64,000 nucleotides of DNA from Iphione sp. A-MEVVRFRX5 (Eukaryota), in contig OZ320313.1 in the NCBI GenBank assembly GCA_976226885.1, forward strand, positions 123,442,001 to 123,506,000. The letters run 5' to 3'. Shown here in pieces: positions 1 to 10,608 of the stretch (positions are counted from its first letter, which is position 1; the number at the start of each line of letters is the position of its first letter). Made by a program: the position numbers and the translations under genes. The notes under the pieces were generated by a model. That model saw nothing but the letters and a program-made list of their open reading frames with translations. It did not search any database and had not been told where the DNA came from.

Positions 1-1119
1 AGAGATAGTTGAAGAGCTTGGGAAACTATACCATGAAAGACGCGATACTTCAGTACCTTGAGAAACGTTTTTTAGCCACGAGGTCGCATCAGTTTAATAT
101 CGACGCAAATCTTCGGAAAGTTTTGGTGCATTAAAAGGAACGTTTCCTTCGATGGCTAATGCCGCTATGTTTTCTCGTTATTTTCTGCACCGTGCACGAA
201 TAAAGATGGCTATGGTCATATCTTTACAAGTTAGATTATTGTCTTGGAAAAAAAATTGCCTGAACAACAGACTGAGATATTCACTCAATGTACCGGAGTA
301 TATTTTTCAAAGAAAGCTATTTCCTGCGCGGATACGGAGACACCGGGACAATTCTAACGTCGGTGTACGGCACTTGTTGACACTAAACAAGGAATGTTAA
401 GGCCTATTGGAAACCCAATCAATAATTCATAATAGTCAAATGGATCCTGTACACGCCACGCCCTTCCTCAATCAAAAGTTAAGGAAAGGATGCTATTCAC
501 ATCATATCAACGGCGAATTTATGGACGGTCCATCCATCAGTCTGTGAACAGGGCACATGGATATGAATGTATGGGTGTTCCCATCAATTAACACTGTGCG
601 TTTTTATCCTGGTGACGTTAATGTATGGATGGTCCTCTTGTCTGAGGTTCCTCCCCTTCCCACCACCACCACCTCACTACGCTCACCGAAGCTTAACTGT
701 CCTAGCAGTGGGCTCCAAGCCAAGTACATGCATATTGATCCAAGCAGTGGATAGCTATAACGCAACAATACACCTTGCCAGCAAACGCGTAATCAGCTGT
801 AACATGTGCATGTTTTTTTGGTAACGTTTGTAAGAGAATACACCAGCGTTTCAATTAATTTCGCAACTGGGTATCCACTGAGGCGTCTTTTTATCATTTC
901 TTGGAAGATAATCCAAGGATTTATTCCGTTCCTGCAGGTTCCCTACTGTTAAATTTCTTCTTGTCATTGTCACTGTAGTGCAGCACAATATAACCTCTTC
1001 TTGTATTCAATATTAATGAATAATAACTGGATGCGAAATTGACCAGATTTACGGGAAATACAGATTCGTCATAGTCGGTCTTTGTCGCCATTTCACGAAA
1101 GTATCACCCATCCCAGGAG

Positions 1120-1160
1120 CTTCTGTATACAGTTTAAACATCTTCTGTATACAGTTTAAA
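1120..1160. repeat. 22-bp-period tandem duplication (CTTCTGTATACAGTTTAAA x2)
   Basis: Identical 19-mer at 1120-1138 and 1142-1160. Confidence 0.85.
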
Positions 1161-1243
1161 AATCTTGAAAGTGTGCCCTTAAAATTGTGTGTAGTATTGA
1201 AGCAAACGTCTTGTTCAGTGATAGGATATTTGAGTTGAGGTGA

Positions 1244-1586
1244 GGCCAGAAAGAAAATAGGTGTGTTTCTGGTAACGACCACCCAAAAACCTAGGTAGGG
1301 AGGGGGGCATCTTTTTTAAAAAAATTTTCTTTCCACTTTCTTACTCCGGTTTTCAATAATAATAAAGATAATATGAAGAATTTCAACCAATTTACAGTTT
1401 TTGCTGAATTTCCATGGATTTTATTGTTTTTCTACTGAATTTACAAAAAACATATGCTCTGAAAAAATGTATCTAAGAGAATTCAGTCTAAAGGAAACTC
1501 TTTGGGGCCAAACAATTTTTAGGTAGGGTGAGGTTTTACTAGGTAGTGGGGGTTACCAGAAACACACCTATTTTTTGGGGGGGGCC
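1244..1586. mobile_element. MITE (non-autonomous DNA transposon) with long TIRs and 3-bp TSD TGA
   Basis: AAAATAGGTGTGTTTCTGGTAAC (1254-1276) is the exact reverse complement of GTTACCAGAAACACACCTATTTT (1552-1574). Both termini are GGCC, flanked by TGA (1241-1243 and 1587-1589). No ORF. Confidence 0.8.
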
Positions 1587-1868
1587 TGAGCGGGAAACCT
1601 TCACCAGTCAGTAAAATGATATATTTGCATGATATCTGCTACGAACTGCCATTGCAAAAATACTTTGATCAATATGAAATTCAAAAGCATAGAGTTTTTT
1701 TTAATAATGGAAGGAAGCCCCAACTGTCTCACGTCGGCTACTGATACTTTTCAGTACTCAGTATGGTTTCTACTTGAATGTATTGGATAAAGACTACGTC
1801 ACAAATAGAAAACAAAATGGCGTGAAAATATTAATCCGTGTAGTGAGATTTTGATTCCCAGAGTCAGG

Positions 1869-2449
1869 ATGATGATGTCTGGCTGTGTTTTATTTTCACT
1901 GCACTACTCAGCGTAAGAATTATTTTAATACTGTTTCAATGAGCTGAGCTACTGAACCGAGAAATTAGCAGTAAAGACCTCCCGACTGAATCATGTTTAA
2001 CAGGAAATTCTTATCAGCCGAATGCCCTCGTCATCCAAACATTTCCGAGAACAGCATTTTCTTGAGTAGGAACTGTATGTTCGAATTCTCTCTTTTCAAA
2101 TAATGGCCTACCCGGTCGAGTTAACCCGAGTCTTACACTACTAATCCACTATCCAAATGAAGATTGTCTGAAGTTGAATGGAACAGGAAGAATCACCAAT
2201 TATTTATTTGACATTTAAAATTTTTTAAGTGAAATATCATGGTAATGTTAGACAGATTAAGCATTCAACAATTATATGTGCATGTATACTTTAATAATCT
2301 ATGTCAAGAGCTGAAAATTCAAGTGTAAATATCGAAACCTCCCTGTCTCCCTCTCTCTCTTTGTCTTATCCTGTACAGATTTCGAACACAAAGAACCCCC
2401 CCCAATATACTTGAAAAAGTCCATTAACTTCAGCAGATACTTGATATAA
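1869..2449 (+). CDS. Speculative 3-exon small ORF (61 aa): exons 1869-1912, 2004-2074, 2379-2449
   Basis: Donors GTAAGA (1913) and GTATGT (2075), acceptors TTTAACAG (2003) and a long pyrimidine tract + CAG (2378) give a continuous frame MMMSGCVLFSLHYSAKFLSAECPRHPNISENSIFLSRNYFEHKEPPPIYLKKSINFSRYLI*. No homology recognised. Confidence 0.2.
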
Positions 2450-5400
2450 CGGCTGTAGTCTTACCTTTGTCCCTTTGCCACTTAATTATCCTGGTGATGC
2501 ATTGCTTTCTCTTATAATATCGGATGTCCATCTTAAGAGTTTTCCTCCCGCACCACAGTGGTTAATACACATTTCCTTACCCCATTCTATATAGTATGTC
2601 TATGCATATGTGACATTGCACCTATATTCTTGCAGGAGCTAATATTTCAAGTCTGAACGGTCACCAAGGGGGTTCGGTTTAAATGACATTGAATCGCTTA
2701 ACATGATAAGGCTCACTATGTTTATACCTGTAGTAATTTTTGTATAAATATATCAGGGAAAATATAATCTTTACATATATAATGCACAGTGTAATATATT
2801 TTGAAATAAGATCATTTTTCTTGGGTGCAATCTTTGCTACTGTAGATAGGAGTAGAATATTGCTTTACAACTCCTTTATGGCAAGGGTACAAAGGGTCAG
2901 TAAGCCCTACTTGCATCAGAAGCAGCACAGCTATGTTCAAGTACGTAATTTACAAATAGTACCACTATACTGAGCTACCACTGCTTCTAAAAACACCCAC
3001 CAGTACACCTACTGCCACCACTAGCCAACAGGCGTACAGCTCAGTACAGCCTGTCCCGCAGGCCACCTTCTTTGGCCACCAGGGCTGTAAAGCCCGACCA
3101 TGTGGCCGTCGCTCCGCTGACGACCTGTCCTGCGGAGGCGCCACCGCCCCGGTGAAGGTTAACGACAGTGAGTAGTACATGAGAATAGGAGTTTTACGAG
3201 GGCGGTGGTGAGCTAAACGTCAAGCGGCCTCTCCGGCCCGGCGAAGCCACCTCCCCTAGTGTTCCCTTGGGAGGGCTCGTCCCCCACCCCTCTCCGGACG
3301 ACATAATCCCCCCCCAAATGTGAACCGGGATGAACTTGAGAGCCAAACCCGGGACGGCAATGTCCATGTCAAGAAAGGTTAGACTAATGTCACCTTAGGA
3401 CCTTGGCTTATTCACTGCAAGGGGAAAAAATCTGAGTGTCTCCTTACCAGCCATCACCAGGACGGTAAAGCATGCGATTTTAAGGCCCGGTGGTTTCAGG
3501 ATACATAAATGACTGGTTGTGAACTAAAATGTACTTTTGCTGTACCGCCTGGTCTCCTCTACTGAGCGGCAAAAGTGAAGTATAGTCTAGACGAAAAAAA
3601 ATCCCTTTCAATTAACTGCATGATCTTGCAATTATCAAATCCACAAAAAAATTGAATATTGAAGCTTCTCGGCCGGAGCTGATACGCTGTTGGGGGAGCA
3701 GTGCGTTATTACCACTGCCTGCCTTGTTATCTGGATGATCGATGCGAGCTGCCTAAGAATGTATAGATAAGCTGTATAGTCTGGCGTGGCGCCCTCACTC
3801 TCCCCGCCCTCTCCTCCTCCATTGAGCCTGGAGCGATGACCTGAGCGGCAGGCGCCACTTCATTCTCACTCCACCACAGCTTCAGCTGGGTATCGGCTGC
3901 CCTCTTGCCTCCTATCTCAATCTCCCGCCGAAGACGCTCGTTTATCCCATCCCAGGCTCCCATGGGAGCGGCCGGACCATCCCTCACTTCCCTAGTTACA
4001 TCCCAAGGCGAGGCACAGTGTGGGCGGCTTGAGGGCCCATAGAGGCAAACCTACATAGTCGCCATACTGTCCCGTCCTATACCTCATACCTCACATGCAC
4101 GGCCATGCTGGAAAAACAGGAGCCGCCCATTCCCAACCCTAACCGACAGAGATAGATCGAAGCCCAAATCACCATGACACACACTATTATTCTCTTTAGG
4201 ATATCTCAGGTTTATTCATTTTATCACCTTCCGACCACTCCGTTAATTCCCCTTTAATATAGTAAACCGATGTTAGTTTACTGATTTACGTACCCCTCTG
4301 GAGCCCATGTCTCCGTTCTGCCGTCTGCTACCCCGAGACTGACTGAGGCCCCTTCTCTCTTATTTTCCACGGAGGCACAGCTGGAGGTCTTTGTCTCTTC
4401 AAGACGGTCCTGGCGACCTTTATGTAGGATGTAGGTCACGGCCTGAGCATGTCACCTTCGACTAGGAGGTGCTCCATCCTCTGACACACCATGCACCGTA
4501 CAGCTCATCAGCAGGTCTTGTATTTGTGCTCTCAAAGCGTCACTGGCATGGACGAAAGCATTCCTGCATACTGTTTTTGCACGAGTCCTAACATGGTATA
4601 TCAATAACTTTATTGAAAATAAGGTACATTACCTGGAAAGGTCAAGAAGCATACTTTGAAGAGTACCTGTAAATTTACATTGCATGCAATATGCGCTCTG
4701 AACAAATTGCTAACCCCATGAACATCTTTTTTCCGAGGTTGCATGTACACAGGTCATTACATCAACGCCCTTCGCCCCTTGGCACACTACGTGTGCTATT
4801 TATGACCACACAGTTACTAGTCTCGGGAGGCTAGACTGACAGAGTGACCACCTCGGCCGCCAGTTAGGCAGCCTCTGTAGCGTGTCCCCCCCCCCCGCGA
4901 ACATTACTGGCTTGGCACATGGCCTCGTAAAGTCATCACTTGACAGTCCTGACATATGTAAGCGGGGTAGAAAGCGAGTGAGCATTGTCTCGCTGCACCA
5001 TAGAGGAGTTAAGGGGAAGGATAGGAACACGGCTGCTGCTCTCATTATGGACGTGACCTTCCGTCATTAGACAAAGTGGAATGTCAGAGAGTGGAATACC
5101 AGAGAGACTGCTGCATTTTTCTGTAACTTTTCCAGGTCTGTCTCCATTTCTGAGCCCTTAGAAATGAGAGAAAACCCACTTTGTTGTATCCAAATCAGTC
5201 TCTACTTCCGGACTGCCCCAACTGTGGCTCTGCACTGCATAATTAAGATGGATGAGGAGCGATGCAGTCAAGAGAACGTGTGTACAGCTGTGCTTTTAAC
5301 GATCCGTCAATGACAGCCTGTCACCACTCCACAAATATCGTGGGGGATATACATGGGGTGGTAGAATGATCCGTCACCAACTGAAATGAGGAAGGGGTGA

Positions 5401-7925
5401 ATTACCCCTGTATGAGCTAACTACATCAGTACACACAATATGTAGTATTTCTTCCATGTAAGGGATGTAAGTAAACATGACTGTGTCATGTATCGAGGGA
5501 AGGACACAGACAGTAGACAATGACAGTCGGAGGGGAACTGAGGCATTTCATGTAAGAAAATGGCCCGCCTCTCCAAAGCCCACCCACCCATGCAGCCAAG
5601 CATCAAGGTTGGACAAGGTTACTACAACCTAGCAAAGTTGTAACGCCCCCATGCCCCTCAATATAAGGTTCGTCTTCATGAACTGTGAATAGTTACATCT
5701 GTTATAGAAAGGGGTGCACTCTTATTCAAAGGTCCATATTATCGCCGACGACGTCTTGGTCGGCTGCCTGGAGTCTGCCTGCTTGTAATAGTCTGATCAG
5801 CCGGAGGCAGGCGTCCTGGCCGCTCGGAAGGCCATCTCCAGATGTCCTGTTAGAGCCTCGTTTCCGCCGCCTGAAATGTATGTCTCGCACACGCGGCGTC
5901 TTGTTTCCTCTGTGATTCACAGTCGCTGAAGCCGCATGAGTTACGGTAAGTGGTGGACATCTCCCCTTCGGAGGGTGGGTGGGTGAGTGGGAGGCTGGGC
6001 CTGATGCGGACTGGGGTGTTGGGATGGGTAGGTGGGGAGAGAACCTAGGAAAGTGCGGCCTGAATGTAGCTCGTTTCCACTCCCCGCTCTACACTCCCTG
6101 CCGCTGGGAGACGCGGCGGCTGCCCCTCCACGTATATATAGGTATGTCTCTCACTTTAAATGGAGAACACTATACCCCCCACCTTATCAAAACACTTTCT
6201 TCCACTCCTGCAACTGCTACTACTAACGTCTCCTGGGATCCACACTTTCCCGGCAGGGCCCCTTTTATCAGCAACGGGTGCATATATACATCGAGGAACC
6301 AGTCAAACTGCATCTGTTACCACACCGAGCCGGCCGGCGTCACATGTTAGTCTCATCTTTAATCTCCCGCACTGCCTATATCCTTCTCAGCCTCCTCTCT
6401 CATGGCGCCTTCTCCTCCTTGTTGGACGACTGCTGGTACTTTAGGACCCCGCACACGTCCTGCAAGCAAACATTCTTTTGCGCTCTTTGAAGTGCTGACC
6501 ATCTGCAAGAGATGTTCTCTGTGTTAGCAGTTTCATTACATTATCGATGCTTTTTTTTCATATGTTTGCTTCCAGGTGGTTGTCGAGGGCGGTCTGGAGA
6601 TTGATACTGGCAGTAATTATTAAAACCTAAAGAAAGGCATCTTCTTTACCAACACCTACCAGTATTAGGTGCAGGAGCGTGGTGTGCGACCATTTCAATT
6701 CACTATTATTAAGTACATGTGCATGAAATTTGCAACTGCAAACATAGGTCATTTTTTCACTTACATTATGTGCAACCACCTCCGAACCACTAGGCGGAAG
6801 CTATAACTGCATTGCTAATGTTTTAAGATCAAAATCTTGATAACGAAACAAATTGCACCATACATGTACCAGTTGTCTTAATACCAGTGTATAGCCTGAG
6901 TAAGCCTAAAATATGTAGATGATATTATATGTTTGTTTGTCCGTATGTTTATGCATTTTAGAAATGAGACGACGGAGTGCAAGATTAAGGCACCAGTTTC
7001 TATTGATTCCCGTTTTTTTGATGTGATTTCACCTTCATTACTTTATTCTCTAGACACACTGCGAAATCCTCCCTTTCCTGATCTACATGTGTCAGTAAAA
7101 AATGACATGCAGCCTTTAAAGCGTGTTTAAGAGGCTGTTTACGAAAGCACTGGAGACAGTTCATTAAAGGCTCCTTTGTCGGGTGTATTAAAGATAAGGC
7201 CAATATTCAATAAAGGACGCGAAATTAGGCGTAAATTAACGGCCACCGTCTGCAACAAAGAAGGTGTGTGGTACTGCCAGAGATCAGAATTCTTTCATCC
7301 ACCAACCATCCGGCCACTCCGCGACGCACCACCCAGATCCCCCCACCCACCCCCCACCCCCAGCCACACACTCATACAGCCAGCCTCCCTACCACCGCGC
7401 TCTCCTGTAACAGACTGAACACTACGGCCACTGAGTATTCAGCAGTAAGCAACACCAGCCCCACTGGCTCACAATTACGGCGGAGGCAGAGGGCTGACTT
7501 GCCAATTTCCACTATGTTGAAGGAGTTTCCTCTAATTACCAGCAGGGGATGGGGACGACCGGCTAATCCCTTTACGGCAGAATAATTAGGACTCCCGAAG
7601 GAAACGACACCTGGTGTTGGGAATGGGAAACGTGGTCGGCCTTTATGTTAGGGCTTATTGGTTTAGTTGCACTGCTAGGGTCATCAGAGGCAGGCTATTG
7701 GACAGGTGGGCGTGGCAGTCCTGGAATGAAAGTGTATGTTTACTTTAGAATCTCAGATGAGGTTTTAGGCGATTGGCCTATAACTTATTTCGTAGAGAAA
7801 TACGTCATCCCTGGTGCTCATTTTTCGTACTATTAACTAGGACTTTCGATGACAATATCTGTACTTACTCATACCTATCCCCAAGAAGAGTAAACATATT
7901 TACACACTAGAGTTGGTAGCATTTT

Positions 7926-8366
7926 AGCCTGAATTTCCTTCGCAGCGTGTATTTACGGCGCATGTTGTATGGCTGTATTTCTATGGGCATGTTGGCATTT
8001 TTTGATGGTGGCGTATATCATCCATACTGTGAAAAAATGGGCATGAAAACACAAATCTTGGTGGAAAAGGAAAATTTCATGCATATTCTGCAAAAAAATA
8101 GCGAAATTCATGGATATTTAGATGAAACAGCAACTTTTCATGGAATTTCATCCAATGAAGGGTAAAATTTATGGAAAGTTGGCCGAAAAAGGCAAATTCG
8201 GCAAATCCTGCAGAAAAACAACAAAACTCTGGTAAAAATGGAAGAAAGCAGCAGATTTTATTGAACTTTGGCTAATAAAGGGCAAAATTCATGGAAATTT
8301 GGCCCAAAATGGGAACTTTCATGTAATGTTTGCTGAAAAGCTGTGAAATTCATGCAAATTCAGCCC
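7926..8366 (+). mobile_element. MITE-like repeat, family B, copy 1
   Basis: Ends AGCCTGAAT...ATTCAGCCC with internal GAAATTCATGG-like repeats. Its left part aligns by eye with the reverse complement of 40538-40817. Confidence 0.6.
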
Positions 8367-8628
8367 ATGACATCCGTATTGATACACAGCATGAGCCAGA
8401 TTGTTGGTGAGTACAGTAGTTTTTATAGCATAAGGAAGTATTCCTATGTATGTCTGTTGGATTGAAATATGACTGAAAATTTATCTATTCTTTTTTCAAT
8501 TCATTTCAATTCAAAAACTGTTTATTGAGTGGTACATATCACATACAGACATATGTGGATTTTCAATGAGTACTCAGCCATGATGCAGAACTAATTACAG
8601 TGGATGATTTTTACTACAATACCTTTTC

Positions 8629-9600
8629 TTTAAGTAACTTTATTTCTTTCCTTGGTTTATTTCTTAGAACTGACGGTAGATTATTCCATTGCATTTGGAT
8701 CTGATAAATGAAGCTTCTCTTATAGAAATCACTAGTCGGTTTGGCGATCTTCAACTGAGTTCACATGCTGCTTCTTGTATTTGTTGGATTTTTCACTTCA
8801 CACAGAGAGAGATGGTACATATCTGTAACTAATAAAGTCGATAAGTACAACATAGGGTTTTCAATAGTTGAGATACCCTTGGATGATAACCATATAAGCA
8901 CATCTTGGTTTCTAGTATATTTTGATAGAACACATCGTTTAATTGCATTATACCAGGTCCTTTGAAGTCTATCCGCATTGTGCTTATTAACTGATAACAA
9001 AAAACTTATTCCATGATCTAAATGAGGTAAAACAAAAGCAACGAAGAATTTTTCCATCATATCCCTGCTTAGAACAGTTCTACACCAACTCAGTAGGTAA
9101 CTGGTTTTTTGTATTTTCCGTAGCTTGTCTTCTAAAAAAGGCCGAAATGTCAGTTTATCATCAACAATATATCCCAGAAAATTAAACTCCATCACTTTAC
9201 AAAGCTCAAAGTTGTCAATACATAACATAGGATTTAATTCCCTTGCCTTACCAAAGGTCATCACTTTTGACTTGGCCTTATTTATTACCAAACAGTTCTC
9301 ATGGCACCAAGTTCCTACACTGTGTAGAGTATATTGTAATTTTTTGTGTAACGCCCATAAACTTGACCCCCAACCCAAGATGGTAAGATCGTCAGCATAA
9401 GCAACTATATCACATAGACTGGATTGCTTAAAAATATCATTTAGCAATATTATAAACATAAGAGGTCCTAAGACCGATCCTTGTGGAACACCAATTGTAA
9501 CACCTAATTTCCTTGAAGTTGTTTGGTTACATTTAACAGACGTCACCCTCCCATCCAGATATGACTTGAACCATTTGCGAATTTTGAGACCAAAACCGAA
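8629..9600 (-). pseudogene. LINE ORF2 fragment: C-terminal reverse transcriptase (domains 4-7, thumb)
   Basis: Motifs GVPQGSVLGPLMF, YADD, FLGYIVDDKLTF, FVLPHLDH. After an in-frame TGA (8761-8763) the frame continues YKRSFIYQIQMQWNNLP to a stop at ~8629. Confidence 0.9.
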
Positions 9601-10608
9601 TTATTTCAATTTATTTAAAAATAGTTGGTGGTTTACTAGATCAAGCGCTTTTGACATATCAAGATAAATTGTACCTACATACCTCCCCTCATTAATGTGT
9701 TCAAAAATTCTTTTTAAAAAAAGACCACAGGCGATGTTAGTGCTTCTCCCAGATCGAAAACCAAATTGATAGGGGTGTAGTAAATTATTATCCTCCAAGT
9801 ATGAATAGATCTGGGAAAATACTATGCGTTCCAGAATTTTACTAGGGGCCTGAAGAATTGAAATTGGACGATAATTTTCAGGTTTCGACTTGCTGGATTT
9901 CTTGTGTAGGGGAACTATTACAGCCTCCTTCCAGGCCGACGGGATGACACTGTCCCTGAGCGACCGATTTATCAATTCTGTAAAGTAGTACAATGTACAT
10001 TTTAAACTATCCTTTAAGTATCTCATTGTGATATTTTTAATACCTGACGGTTTCCCTAATTTTAATTTATTTATGTGTTTAATCACGACCTCAAACCCTA
10101 TTTCATTAAAATTCTCAAGTTGGTTTTGGCCAAATTTTTCATTGTTTAGTTTCAGAGTAACACCAGAACTTAAGTTGTCAACTGTATCCTCAAAGAAGTG
10201 ATTAAAATTTTCAGCTACTGTACTACCTTCCAAAAGTTGTCCGTTGGACATCAATCTATTTTCTGGATTTGTAATAAGTTTTCTGCCAAAAGCTGTTTCA
10301 TTAATAAGTCCCCACATTTGTTTATTATCCCCTTGAGATTTCTTGAATCCGTCAGTTAGATAGGTTGTTTTAGCTTCCCTCAAAAGCTTATTACACATAT
10401 TTCTGTAATAATTTGATATACGCTTGTAATCTTCGATTCCCGTTGAAACCCACCGCTTCTTAAAATAATCCCGTTCCCTGCGGAATTGTAATATTCTGTT
10501 TTGATAGAAGGGTGATATACAGCTACGAAATCTTTTCTTTTTAAGAGGACATATATCATCTAAAACAGACGTCACATTATCTACCCATAGTTTCCAAATG
10601 TCATCCAC
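9601..10608 (-). pseudogene. LINE ORF2 fragment: linker and N-terminal reverse transcriptase (domains 0-3)
   Basis: Motifs WKEAVIVPLHKK, NYRPISILQAPSKILERIV, QFGFRSGRST, YLDMSKALDLVNH. Ends at an in-frame TAA (9601-9603); the same frame resumes as FGFGLKIRKWFKSYL. Confidence 0.9.

Noticed and set aside
430-1240. Coding-looking minus-strand text (e.g. DHPYINVTRIK...EHPYIHIHVPC)
   Set aside because: Multiple stops in every frame and no family recognised.
4480-4560. CTGATGAG on the minus strand as a possible hammerhead ribozyme core
   Set aside because: No stem II followed by GAAA at the required distance.
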